This document shows positions 21,501-30,724 of a stretch of 64,000 bases of DNA, piece by piece. The position numbers and the translations under genes are program-made. The notes beneath the pieces were generated by a model. The model made no database searches. It was not told where the DNA came from and saw only the letters and a program-made list of their open reading frames with translations. Origin of the DNA: a virus (Duplodnaviria > Caudoviricetes); IMG/VR virus record IMGVR_UViG_3300025840_004398; one strand, 5' to 3'. Positions within the stretch are counted from its first letter, which is position 1; every line of letters starts with the position of its first letter.

Positions 21501-22480
21501 AATCAAAAGAAGGGTGGTGGTATAGATTTAATACACGAGGAACCACAACATTACGTTCCACAGTAGAACCTACTTTGTATTTAACTGAAAGTGGAGATAG
21601 TGGAACAACTTTTACTCAAGGAACTCATTACACAGATGATGTTTTTGGTGATGTATCTCAAGGATGGGCTAAGGAAATAGTTTCTATGAGTGTTAATACA
21701 AATACTCCACCTACATCAGCAACAAATTACTCTACAACAAGAGAAATATATTATCTGTCATCAAATTCTAAACGAAATTTTGGTTGGACAAATTATATAA
21801 GTGGTGTAAGTGGTAGTTTACTATTTTATAGACAGAGTGGTTCTTATGGAGAACAAAATGTAATAGAATCTTATACTTCGGCTTCTGATACTGATTATTT
21901 ATCATACCCCTGGAGAAGAAATGGAATTCCAAGTGGACAATCTGATGAAGGGGATGTTAATTACCATGAAGCTTCTCCTGATACAATGCAAGGTAATCGT
22001 TACATACATTATAATGGTGCAATGTACATGAGAACTCAAAAGGGATTGCCTTATCCAACGACCAATACACAAGGAGATGCTACATTTGTTTGGAAGTATG
22101 ATATACAATCTTTAGATAATACTCAAGGTATATTTTATTTAGGTACTGATATAAATGGAAACATAATTAGTGGTTCTAATAATTTAAATATTGGTGGTAC
22201 TTATAACTATCCAACTGACCTAAGTGGATTTGCTTGGTCAAGTACAACAAAGTTCACTTGCGGTACAGGAAATAAATGGCCTGCAAATGGTGATACTATA
22301 TATTATTATGATGGACCTTTAGCAGGTAATGCATTTACCGCTCCTTCTAATGGTACTTGGTATGTTGTGTTTACCGCTGAAGTACCCACTACTGATTTAA
22401 CTCTTCATTCGAGTACATGGAATAGAATGCAAATAAATACTGATGGTTCAATAGGAACTGTTTTAAATAATATTTCATAA
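18563..22480 (+). CDS. Large virion/receptor-binding protein with delta-60 (DUF5122)-like beta-propeller repeats and a Calx-beta/Ig-like domain (1305 aa)
   Basis: RLATDGTLDTSF, RLNSDGSYDTTF, QSDGKIIV, RLNQNGTLDNTF, ADGALDTTF; EGQTITWTL...TEN.TLTLD. Confidence 0.65.
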   Translation: MATEWNQTTFLSTSGGEVAQFISGAVASGGSGGSSSSSGNTGSITITEDTSIDFGNAFSYPAYSVDHQSNGKLIVGATNNSYDGTNNSTKIFRLATDGTLDTSFGNRGGITYPGVDNMSYPRVKVDPINDKIYVNPRYGKLYETTGTNESQLYYGSPLTRLSYLFRLNSDGSYDTTFNSNVYSTFGGQYSATSYLISDFDLQSDGKIIVTSEKSGSLFRLNQNGTLDNTFRNGPLTGSTQMGDATPPMNTGYPRTVVVLPDDSIVFDIADNTTYETSSLGYSNTFHYTRRPIRKASADGALDTTFNSNQSNYYGPNTRAVRYSHTPHTMFAWNDGTLIMGGIGTQISGSNTSQSLDFSRVFVPEYGIPGYSSYPWSTPSVLTQISQSDATYIPNGSSGFVINDVGLRNAGRSNSWPKGYDDLVTDIERDKVGNHWVAGIFNNWVDKSGNVTETDWYQNHAIPTEQHILRIRPDGNIDMLDSPYLDTDTSTVSWGIITEPISDIALWHDTDDIKVTFVGKFDNVSSAKGGILQFKVANAYGFTHTVGTYNDGRYELSCDKSGSVTEGQTITWTLHTRGVPTGNVAYTISGITSADLSAGSLTGNFNVNYHTYKWGSQVSVTLADDGTYETENITLTLDGTGISQTISITDTTSQPSGGGGGVPGAGVYSNDWMEVSGSTTFNLVSGSEMTYKITLTDNSYWSNTSVDVTSGDFYFRNFNYPVNNATHGATLRATDRGFTEVQFDLDDSYGTITGSHLFFHDGVAEFKAIYKDSTYPAYTASAITNGDYLTYKPGLWRLYKNGTGDITYSPGVGSNDYRNIAHSSSINWTLQDWPSTSTTSSISQRLTLYPNKTIYWVSRSLDDGASGYPNGQTYSSVNTLNTPMKIGDYIYDATGSIRSTYSDFVATHNSGTSSYFDFSDPSPYAPHRHAAISKGQVIKTWYNDGQKQGNWNPVIKSLFTGSYEWTVDSPEYNKVRTFEVQSKEGWWYRFNTRGTTTLRSTVEPTLYLTESGDSGTTFTQGTHYTDDVFGDVSQGWAKEIVSMSVNTNTPPTSATNYSTTREIYYLSSNSKRNFGWTNYISGVSGSLLFYRQSGSYGEQNVIESYTSASDTDYLSYPWRRNGIPSGQSDEGDVNYHEASPDTMQGNRYIHYNGAMYMRTQKGLPYPTTNTQGDATFVWKYDIQSLDNTQGIFYLGTDINGNIISGSNNLNIGGTYNYPTDLSGFAWSSTTKFTCGTGNKWPANGDTIYYYDGPLAGNAFTAPSNGTWYVVFTAEVPTTDLTLHSSTWNRMQINTDGSIGTVLNNIS

Positions 22481-22491
22481 AAGGAATAATT

Positions 22492-22815
22492 ATGTTTTTA
22501 AAATCAAATGACATATTTACATTGGAAAACTTAATATCGGCAAGAGATAAAACTATTGTTATGTTTGGTGTTAAGTGGTGCGAACAGTGCCAATCTATAA
22601 AAAAAGAGTTTATAAAATTAGAACCAACCGAAAGAAGTAGAGATATTGATTTTATTTATTGTGATGTAGATAAAAACCAAAATATTTCGGATTTGGTAGA
22701 AATACAAAAATTACCAACATTTGTTTCTTTTAATAGAACTAACGTAGTATTAAAACACGAAGGTAAAACAAAAAAAGATATTATAAAAACATTAAAGTCA
22801 TTTGCTAAGATATGA
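22492..22815 (+). CDS. Thioredoxin-family protein
   Basis: VMFGVKWCEQC (CxxC), YCDVD, IQKLPTFVSF cis-Pro loop; 107 aa. Confidence 0.85.
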   Translation: MFLKSNDIFTLENLISARDKTIVMFGVKWCEQCQSIKKEFIKLEPTERSRDIDFIYCDVDKNQNISDLVEIQKLPTFVSFNRTNVVLKHEGKTKKDIIKTLKSFAKI

Positions 22816-25283
22816 GTATAACTAGATTTGGAAGATTTTACACATTTGGTAATGGAAAGACCCTTCAATTTATAAGTGGTTCTATTCCTACTAACTATAC
22901 ATATACATTATCTTTAAGCTCAAATACAGTTGATGAGGGAGATACTGTTGTTATTACTCTTACTTCTTCTCAAAGACAACCAAATGGTACACAGATTCCA
23001 TACACCATTTCTGGTAATAATATCTATACTTCTGATTTTGTTTCAATACCTGGTTTAAGTGGTAATTTTACATTACAAAATAACACAGGTTCTGTTAGTT
23101 TAGAAATTGCAGAAGATTATTCAACAGAAGGTGGAGAAGTTTTTACTTTAACTTTGGATAACGAAAACGTAAGTGCTAGTGTAAGTGTAAATGATACATC
23201 AATAGTAGGTGGTAATGCAACTTATTCTTTAACTCATACAGGAACACCTCAATCTGGATATGTTGGTGGTACTATGGAAGGGACTACTGTTACATTTACA
23301 TTAACAACTACAAATATTCCAGATGGAAATCATGTTTCTTATTCAGTAAGTAATATATATTCAAACGATATAGGTGAAGCGGATTTAGATTTAACAAATT
23401 CCTCAAATTATCCAGATGGTAGTTTTATAATCAACAACAATTCTGCAACTGCAAGTTTTAAACTAAAATCAGACTTTGAAACAGAAGGTTCGGAATATCT
23501 TAGATTGAGAGTTTATGATGTTAATTCAGCAACTCAAACTGATATAGAAACTGCTTTTATTTACGATACTAGTTTAAATTGGGATTTGGGGGATTCGGGT
23601 CCTTCTAATACAATTGCATTTACAAATAATACATCTCAATCTGTTTATTTCGATACCCAAAGTGCTGCATTAGAAATATGTGATGCAACTCACTTTTCAA
23701 ATTCGGAAGAATGGCCAATAGAAATACAATTCAAAAGTGGTAGTAGTAGTACATATAGAACAAGTTTAGATGAAGTTGAAGTTGATGATGAAGTTTATTA
23801 TACACTTGGTAATCAAACCTTTCAATTAAATTATCAAGGAGTAGGTGCTCAACCCCAAGTACTACAATTTTATGGATTCTCTTCTACTTGGAGGGGAGTT
23901 CCAACTCATATATTTAGAGTAGAAAATGGAGTGGTTAAAGGAACATTTCCCGTAGGTTACTATGGTAAACTTTTAATATCAAATGACTATGGAGGAAAAT
24001 GGAGAAGTACAAGTGTAGGAGGTGCTTTTGTAGTTAACGCTAATGGTATATTACATGATGCATTAACTTCATCTGGTGGTGCTATACGTTCTGTTATTGA
24101 TAGCCAAAATAGAGTAATCGTTTTAAATAATAATAATACTAATGGTGGTTTCAAAAGATTAAATACAGATGGAACCTTAGATACTGTATTTAGTGCAAGT
24201 CATTTTGATACTGTTGAGGGAAGTTCAGCTATTTTATACAACGTTGGTGTAGATAGTGAAGATAATGTTATATTTGGTGTTCCTACTGAAACGACTGATT
24301 CTCTTCTTTATTACTATACCGCCTCACTACGATATACACCAACAATACAAGGTGTAACGAATTGGGAACCTGCTGCAAGAAGGTTAGAAAAAGTAAGTGG
24401 TAGTTTGGACCAAACTTATTCTACAAGTTCCCTTGTACCTGCTTTTATCCAATCAAGATATACCCAAGTAAATCATTGGGTTACTTTACCTAATCAAGAA
24501 ATGGTTGGTATCGGTGAAATGAATATAGTAAATTCTAATTCTTACCCATCTGGAATTACTGGTTCTATTTATGCTCACATAGATTCTGATGGTAATTTCA
24601 AAAAAGGAAGTGGATTTAACTTTAATCAAGATTACATTCACTCATATGGGGGTAGTAGTCCTGGAGCTGGACCAAACGCTGGAATATACATACCTCAAAT
24701 ATTAAATACAGATTACAGAGAACTTTTAATTGTTGGAGGAGATTTTACATCATTTGTAAAAAATGGTACAACTTATAATCAAAATGGATTATTGTGTTTA
24801 AGTTCATCGGGTGAGTTGGTAGATTTATTTAGTGGTAGTGATGATGGATTCTCACATGATAGTGGTGATTCTTCCATATGGCCAACAGATATAGATTTTA
24901 GTGGAAGTCATTTGGTAGTAAGTGGTAGATTCCATGAATGGGATAATTATCCTGCAAATGGAATAATATTATTCAAATGGGATAATACTAAAGAAAAGTT
25001 TGTACACGATAGAGCATTTAATTCAACAACTGGTTCGGTAAATAATGGTACTAAATTATATTTTAATAGTGTAACATTTGGTATTGATGGTAATATATAC
25101 GCAATAGGTGGTAATGATTATTGGAATGGTACTGATTATTGGGGAAGTGCATGGGGAACTGTATGGAAATTTGATTTAGAAGGAAATGTAGATTTAACTT
25201 GGGTAGCTAATGCGGGTAATGGATATGAAGCTAGTTTATTTGGTTGGCAGAAAATCAGAGCTTTTAAAAATTTAGTTTCATAA
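22812..25283 (+). CDS. Virion/receptor-binding protein with two Calx-beta/Ig-like domains and delta-60-like repeats (823 aa)
   Basis: VDEGDTVVITLT...TEGGEVFTLTL, MEGTTVTFTLTT...TEGSEYLRL, RLNTDGTLDTVF. Confidence 0.6.
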   Translation: MSITRFGRFYTFGNGKTLQFISGSIPTNYTYTLSLSSNTVDEGDTVVITLTSSQRQPNGTQIPYTISGNNIYTSDFVSIPGLSGNFTLQNNTGSVSLEIAEDYSTEGGEVFTLTLDNENVSASVSVNDTSIVGGNATYSLTHTGTPQSGYVGGTMEGTTVTFTLTTTNIPDGNHVSYSVSNIYSNDIGEADLDLTNSSNYPDGSFIINNNSATASFKLKSDFETEGSEYLRLRVYDVNSATQTDIETAFIYDTSLNWDLGDSGPSNTIAFTNNTSQSVYFDTQSAALEICDATHFSNSEEWPIEIQFKSGSSSTYRTSLDEVEVDDEVYYTLGNQTFQLNYQGVGAQPQVLQFYGFSSTWRGVPTHIFRVENGVVKGTFPVGYYGKLLISNDYGGKWRSTSVGGAFVVNANGILHDALTSSGGAIRSVIDSQNRVIVLNNNNTNGGFKRLNTDGTLDTVFSASHFDTVEGSSAILYNVGVDSEDNVIFGVPTETTDSLLYYYTASLRYTPTIQGVTNWEPAARRLEKVSGSLDQTYSTSSLVPAFIQSRYTQVNHWVTLPNQEMVGIGEMNIVNSNSYPSGITGSIYAHIDSDGNFKKGSGFNFNQDYIHSYGGSSPGAGPNAGIYIPQILNTDYRELLIVGGDFTSFVKNGTTYNQNGLLCLSSSGELVDLFSGSDDGFSHDSGDSSIWPTDIDFSGSHLVVSGRFHEWDNYPANGIILFKWDNTKEKFVHDRAFNSTTGSVNNGTKLYFNSVTFGIDGNIYAIGGNDYWNGTDYWGSAWGTVWKFDLEGNVDLTWVANAGNGYEASLFGWQKIRAFKNLVS

Positions 25284-25298
25284 AATAAAAATTTATGT

Positions 25299-25610
25299 AT
25301 GGATAAAGGTAACAAAAAATTAGCAGAAGCTAAGTTTTCTGATAATAGAAAAAAAATAATTAAAGCAGAAAAAATTATATCAGAATTAAGTGGTTATAAG
25401 TTTAGATGGAATGAAGGTCAAAATTCTTATATAGGAACTGATTATGGTTTTTTGGGTAATGAACTAAAAAACAATGAATATCTTAAAGACTTGGTAATAG
25501 AAAACGAAGGAATTCATTATATTAGATATGAATCTATTGTAACCATATTGGCAGAGTCAGTAAAAATTTTACAAGAAAAAGTTAAAATTTTAGAACAAAA
25601 TAAAAAATAA
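25299..25610 (+). CDS. Free-standing Peptidase_S74-like chaperone domain
   Basis: FSDNRKK...SGYKFRWN...DYGFLGNEL...LV...IRYESIVTILAESVKIL plus coiled coil, collinear with the S74 tails of ORFs 3752 and 10189. Confidence 0.7.
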   Translation: MDKGNKKLAEAKFSDNRKKIIKAEKIISELSGYKFRWNEGQNSYIGTDYGFLGNELKNNEYLKDLVIENEGIHYIRYESIVTILAESVKILQEKVKILEQNKK

Positions 25611-25613
25611 TTT

Positions 25614-26612
25614 ATGGAATATGATGTATATTGTTCCACCGGAGGAGGTCCTTGGGTAAATGCAGGTACTGATACTTGGGTAAATCTATGGATGGAGTTA
25701 GTTGCTCCTCATTTAAAGGTAAAACCTATACTTTTATTACATAGAAACAAACCAAAAGGACACGAAGATTACCAATTTCCAATTGAAGCTCATTGGCATG
25801 GAGATAATATTGAAAAATTTGATGAATTGTGTAAAGGTGCTCGTAGAATAAACATATTACATGGTCATTATACTCCTATGAGATGTATTGTAGATAATAA
25901 AGACAAAATACACTCAAATGTAATTCATAATTCAGTAAATCACATAATAATGTCTCAAGTTGCAACCGATGCACCACGAGGATGGTATCCTTATTTGGAT
26001 TCTGCTTGGGAAAAGGATATAAATGAATGGGCTAAACATTCAATATGGATTGGTTTATTTAATATTCCTTACAAAAACAAAAATATTCGAAATTTTTATG
26101 AGTTTGAACATAACTTACCTTTAAGTAAATCAAATAAAATGGGATTTGCCTCAAGATGTGAGGGAAGAAAAAACCCCCACTTTTTAGATAAAAAAGATTG
26201 TTTTATTTTTACAAATTCAAGAGAGTTTAAGGTTATTTGGAAACAAGGAGCTGGTGTTGAATGTCATAATGCAAGAATATATCACTATGACTCTTCCTTT
26301 AAAGACAAATTTTGGAATATGGATTGGGGTATATCACATTCTTGTTTTGTAGCCGAACCATTTGGGTATGGAATTTTTCAGGCAGTAGATTATGGTAAAT
26401 TACCAATAATTCATAAGTTTTGGTGTAAAGATTTGGATTATCCATATAGAGCTCAAACTAAAAAAGAGTTTGATGATATTTATAATAAGTTAAGAGAAAC
26501 CCCTTACGAAGAAAAAAATAAGTGGTTTTTACATTTAAAACAATATATGATTGAAAATTTTACCAACAAAGATAAGTGGGTAGAAGAATTACTCAATATT
26601 TATAATGTATAG
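25614..26612 (+). CDS. Glycosyltransferase, GT-B (GT4-like)
   Basis: C-terminal AEPFGYGIFQAVDYGKLPII resembles the GT4 EpFG...EAma.G.PvI motif. Confidence 0.6.
   Translation: MEYDVYCSTGGGPWVNAGTDTWVNLWMELVAPHLKVKPILLLHRNKPKGHEDYQFPIEAHWHGDNIEKFDELCKGARRINILHGHYTPMRCIVDNKDKIHSNVIHNSVNHIIMSQVATDAPRGWYPYLDSAWEKDINEWAKHSIWIGLFNIPYKNKNIRNFYEFEHNLPLSKSNKMGFASRCEGRKNPHFLDKKDCFIFTNSREFKVIWKQGAGVECHNARIYHYDSSFKDKFWNMDWGISHSCFVAEPFGYGIFQAVDYGKLPIIHKFWCKDLDYPYRAQTKKEFDDIYNKLRETPYEEKNKWFLHLKQYMIENFTNKDKWVEELLNIYNV
26597..26604 (+). promoter_or_regulatory. Putative late-promoter motif TATTTATA
   Basis: 17 nt before ORF 26622, followed by AGGAG. Confidence 0.45.
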
Positions 26613-26621
26613 GAGAATAAT

Positions 26622-27929
26622 ATGGCAAGAAGTTCAGGAGATACTTTATCATTAAACAATTTAGCAGGAGCATTGGGTGAAACTCAAAACTCAAATGTAT
26701 CTTTAAACACATTAAATGGTAGTGCTAATTCCACTGTATCAATAGACCAATATGGAATTGATTCGGTTGGTTCAATTAGTGGTTATCGTTACTTAGTAGA
26801 GGGAGATGGTGACCAATATACTTTAACATTTGTTGAAGCAGGAACTAAGCATGTAAATATAGCCAATCAAACCGCAAATTTTACTTGGACAGTTCAAGCC
26901 GGTTCTTATTTATCAAAGTCAGGTGCTGGTGATAAAACACAGACATTTGTAGCATCAGATATGAATCCACAATCTCCAAGTGCACAAACTGTATTACAAA
27001 CAGTTAGAGATAACACAATAAGAGTGGTTTATAATGATGGATTTAATGACCATGCTACAAACTACAATACAAATGTAGATAAAACAGTAACTGCTGTTGA
27101 CTCATATGATGGTAACGCAACTGCTTTATGTCTACGTTCTGACTCTCCTATTACAAAAGCAGACGGAACAATTGTACAAATTGGAGATTTGGAAGAAGGA
27201 GATTTCTTACAAGGATTTCAAATAAACAATTTACAAAAAGATACAGATGGACAAAGTAATTTCTTAAATTGGAATGAAGATAATTTAGAAGTTACTCCAG
27301 TTGAAGTAGAAGTAAAAAATGTTGTATATTCATTTTCTAATAAAATTTACAATATAAATGAAGGTGAAGTTAGAGCAACGATTGAACATCCGTTTTTAGT
27401 AAAAGATGTAAATGGTAAATTTAGATTTTTAGAAACAAGAAGATTAATGATTGGTGATAGCCTCATCAAATATACCGAAAGTGGTACTGAAGAAATTGAA
27501 ATAAATTCTATTGAAATAGAAACAGAAGATGTGGAGATTGTATCTATTGACGTTGCTGAACAAGATACTTATTTGGTTAACGGATATATAACTCACAACA
27601 AATCAGGAGATTCACATACTGATTTAGGTGCACCTTCTACCGTTAGTGGTTTATCATTCTCTGACCCTAACTTAACTTGGACTGCGGTTAGTGGAGCATC
27701 TTCTTACAGAATTGAAATAGATGATGCATCAAACTTCTCATCACCTAATACTACATATACTGAGTGGAGTACTAATTCAATTCGATTGGGTCGTTCTTTC
27801 AATGCAAGTACTGAAAACATTTCACCAGTAGCATTAGCAGCAGGAACTTGGTATGTTAGAATCAAAGCGATTGACCACGGACTATTATCAACAAACTGGT
27901 CATCTACTATAACATTATCAATAACATAA
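26622..27929 (+). CDS. Virion-associated protein: N-terminal domain + Hint domain + FN3-like domain (435 aa)
   Basis: Hint from C170 to N326. The C-terminus PSTVSGL...LTWTAVSGASSYRIEI...GTWYVRIKA is FN3-like. Confidence 0.75.
   Translation: MARSSGDTLSLNNLAGALGETQNSNVSLNTLNGSANSTVSIDQYGIDSVGSISGYRYLVEGDGDQYTLTFVEAGTKHVNIANQTANFTWTVQAGSYLSKSGAGDKTQTFVASDMNPQSPSAQTVLQTVRDNTIRVVYNDGFNDHATNYNTNVDKTVTAVDSYDGNATALCLRSDSPITKADGTIVQIGDLEEGDFLQGFQINNLQKDTDGQSNFLNWNEDNLEVTPVEVEVKNVVYSFSNKIYNINEGEVRATIEHPFLVKDVNGKFRFLETRRLMIGDSLIKYTESGTEEIEINSIEIETEDVEIVSIDVAEQDTYLVNGYITHNKSGDSHTDLGAPSTVSGLSFSDPNLTWTAVSGASSYRIEIDDASNFSSPNTTYTEWSTNSIRLGRSFNASTENISPVALAAGTWYVRIKAIDHGLLSTNWSSTITLSIT
27129..27599 (+). other. 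Hint (BIL/intein-like) domain, 157 aa, no endonuclease
   Basis: Block A CLRSDSPITKADG, block B TIEHPF, block F VSIDV, block G THN followed by Lys. Confidence 0.8.
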
Positions 27930-27957
27930 TATTTTTTACGTTTTGAAAAAATCTATA

Positions 27958-27965
27958 TATTTATA
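27958..27965 (+). promoter_or_regulatory. Putative late-promoter motif TATTTATA
   Basis: 33 nt before ORF 27999. Confidence 0.45.
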
Positions 27966-27998
27966 TATATAAATTAAAAACAATTAAAATTTTCAAAA

Positions 27999-28292
27999 AT
28001 GGCAGAAACAATTAAGTTTACAGAAGAAGAAATTCAATCAATCAATGAATTAAGGGTAGAAGTATCTAATGTATTTACACAATTAGGACAACTTCAAATT
28101 GAAAAACAAAGAAGAACTCAAGAAATTGAGGGTATTGAATCTCAGTTAATCCAAAAACATTCAGAACTTGCACAAAAAGAACGAGAATTGTTCAAAGGAT
28201 TGAACGAAAAATATGGAGATGGTAACTTTGACCCGGCAACAGGTGAATTCACTCCAACTCCAAAAGAAGAAACATCTGAAGTAGAAGGATAA
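27999..28292 (+). CDS. Hypothetical coiled-coil protein
   Basis: 97-aa ORF with amphipathic helical pattern, between the Hint gene and the sheath gene. Confidence 0.7.
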   Translation: MAETIKFTEEEIQSINELRVEVSNVFTQLGQLQIEKQRRTQEIEGIESQLIQKHSELAQKERELFKGLNEKYGDGNFDPATGEFTPTPKEETSEVEG

Positions 28293-28318
28293 AAATAATC
28301 TTTCGATTTAGTTGGTTA

Positions 28319-28326
28319 TACTTATA
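28319..28326 (+). promoter_or_regulatory. Putative late-promoter motif TACTTATA
   Basis: Upstream of the tail sheath gene, followed by AAGGAG. Confidence 0.45.
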
Positions 28327-28368
28327 TAAGAGTATATTATACAAAAAATTAACAAGGAGTAATATAAA

Positions 28369-30669
28369 ATGGCAGAAAAAATTGTATCACCTGGTGTATT
28401 TACGAGAGAAAATGACCTTTCTTTCTTATCACAAGGGATTGGTGAAATAGGAGCAGCAGTAATTGGACCTTTCCATAAAGGACCTGCTTTCGTACCAACC
28501 GTTGTTAATACACAATCAGAATTCGAAGAAATATTCGGAACACCTGATGGTTCTTACTATACAGGATACACCGTACAAAATTATTTAAGAGAAGCTGGAA
28601 CTGTAACTATCGTTCGTGTTGGACACATCGGTGGTTATACTCATGTTGACCCTATTGCTATTAAAGTACAAGAAAGTGGTTCTGGTGCTATTAAAGTAGT
28701 AGGTTCTCTTTTCGTAACTCATAATGGAGATGAGTCGGTAGGTTTACCATCTACTACTCTTTCTGCACAACCAAGTGCATCTGCATTCTCAATTAGTGGT
28801 TCGGCTTTAGGAACCGCAGTATCAGCATCTATCTTACCATCTGCAGCAAATGATTTATCCGATGTATTCGGTGAATCTGCTCGTGGTTCTAAAAATGCTT
28901 ATGTATACAAGTATTTTGAAAAAGCAGCAACAGACCAATCTTCTGTTTTAAATGCAGGTGGTCAAATTATTTTAGAAACTTTACCAGACCAAGACTTTGG
29001 ATATGATATTCAACACGCTACAACTCCTTGGATTAAATCTCAGTTGATATCAGGTGAAAGACATGACCTTTTCCGTTTCCATACTTTAGGTGATGGTGGA
29101 AACTATAACAAAGAATACAAAATTGGTGTATTTAATGTAAAAGCTGCAGGAGAATCTAATGCTACTGATTATGCAACATTCTCTATCGTAGTTCGTGGAT
29201 ACTCTGATATTGATAAAAGACCAGTTATTCTTGAAACTTGGAATAACTTAAACTTAGACCCAGCTTCACCAAACTACATTAAGAAAAGAATTGGTGATAT
29301 GAACCTTACTATTGATGCAAATGGTAAACAAACTTTAAATGGTGATTATAAAAATAACTCTAAGTTTGTTAGAGTAGAATGTTCTACTGAGGGTTCATTC
29401 CCTATCGTTGCAGGACCATTTGGACACGCTGAATATCAAAACCCAATTTCAGTTGCAACTGGTTCAGAAGTACCTGCGGTAGTGTTCCAAACAGATTCAG
29501 ATTCAAATACTGCATCTAATGGAACTTCTTATAGTGGTATTGAATTAGAAACTGCAGTAACTAAGATTGATAATTCTCACTATCTATCTCCAATTCCTAC
29601 AAATGCTGGAACTGGTTCTAACGTAGTATTTGCATTTGACTCTCAACTGTCTTATGAACTAACAGGTTCGGCAGCGGTAGATGTTAATAAGAGACAATTT
29701 ATTATAGGATTCCAAGGTGGATTTGATGGTGTATCACCAACAACTGCAATATCTTTAGGAACTGATATTTCTTCAGGTAACTCACAAGGATTCAGCTTAA
29801 CAAGTTCAACATCTAGTGGTTCAGTTGCTTATGTAAAAGCAATTAACGCAGTATCTAACCCAGATGATTTCGATATCAACTTGGTATCTACACCTGGTAT
29901 TATTAGACAACATCACTCTTATGTGTTTGATAAAGTAGTTGATATGGTAGAAGCTAGAGAAGATGCATTCTTCATCGGTGATGTAGTTGATGCATCAGCA
30001 ACTATTTCAGATGCAGTTAACCAAGGTTCTAATGTTGATTCTAACTACGTTGGTACTTATTACCCATGGGTTAAAACAATCGATTCAAGAACAAATAAAC
30101 TAACTTCAGTTCCACCATCAGTATTGATGCCAGGAATTTACGCTGAAAACGATGCAGTTGCAGCTGAATGGTTTGCACCAGCAGGTTTAAATAGAGGTGG
30201 TATCACAGGAGCAGTTTCTGTACTAAACAGATTAACACACGCTGAAAGAGATACACTATATGAAGGAAAGATTAACCCAATCGCACAATTCCCTGGTGAA
30301 GGTATCGTTGCATTCGGACAGAAAACTCTACAAGATAGAGCATCTGCTTTAGATAGAATCAACGTAAGAAGATTGTTAATCAAAGTTAAGAAATACATCG
30401 CATCTACATCAAGATACCTTGTATTCGAACAAAACACGGCTACAACTCGTTCTAAGTTCTTAAATACAGTAAACCCATATTTGGAATCAATCCAACAAAG
30501 ACAAGGTTTATATGCATTTAGAGTAGTAATGGATGAAACTAATAACACACCAGATGTAATCGACAGAAACATCTTAGCAGGAGCTATTTACTTACAACCT
30601 ACTAAGACTGCTGAATTCATTGTAATTGATTTCAACATTTTACCAACTGGAGCAGCGTTCACGGCTTAA
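28369..30669 (+). CDS. Tail sheath protein (T4 gp18-like)
   Basis: N-terminal SPGVFTRE.D, GPF.KGP; C-terminal YYPW, PPS, WFAPAG.NRG, INPI..FPGEG...GQKTL, LDRINVRRL, FEQN. Confidence 0.95.
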   Translation: MAEKIVSPGVFTRENDLSFLSQGIGEIGAAVIGPFHKGPAFVPTVVNTQSEFEEIFGTPDGSYYTGYTVQNYLREAGTVTIVRVGHIGGYTHVDPIAIKVQESGSGAIKVVGSLFVTHNGDESVGLPSTTLSAQPSASAFSISGSALGTAVSASILPSAANDLSDVFGESARGSKNAYVYKYFEKAATDQSSVLNAGGQIILETLPDQDFGYDIQHATTPWIKSQLISGERHDLFRFHTLGDGGNYNKEYKIGVFNVKAAGESNATDYATFSIVVRGYSDIDKRPVILETWNNLNLDPASPNYIKKRIGDMNLTIDANGKQTLNGDYKNNSKFVRVECSTEGSFPIVAGPFGHAEYQNPISVATGSEVPAVVFQTDSDSNTASNGTSYSGIELETAVTKIDNSHYLSPIPTNAGTGSNVVFAFDSQLSYELTGSAAVDVNKRQFIIGFQGGFDGVSPTTAISLGTDISSGNSQGFSLTSSTSSGSVAYVKAINAVSNPDDFDINLVSTPGIIRQHHSYVFDKVVDMVEAREDAFFIGDVVDASATISDAVNQGSNVDSNYVGTYYPWVKTIDSRTNKLTSVPPSVLMPGIYAENDAVAAEWFAPAGLNRGGITGAVSVLNRLTHAERDTLYEGKINPIAQFPGEGIVAFGQKTLQDRASALDRINVRRLLIKVKKYIASTSRYLVFEQNTATTRSKFLNTVNPYLESIQQRQGLYAFRVVMDETNNTPDVIDRNILAGAIYLQPTKTAEFIVIDFNILPTGAAFTA

Positions 30670-30693
30670 TAAATAAAAAATAAAAAGAATCTA

Positions 30694-30701
30694 TATTTAT
30701 A
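30694..30701 (+). promoter_or_regulatory. Putative late-promoter motif TATTTATA
   Basis: Before the tail tube gene. The context CTATATTTATAGTAGTATAA is identical to that at 32323-32342. Confidence 0.55.
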
Positions 30702-30724
30702 GTAGTATAAAGGAGAAATAAAAA

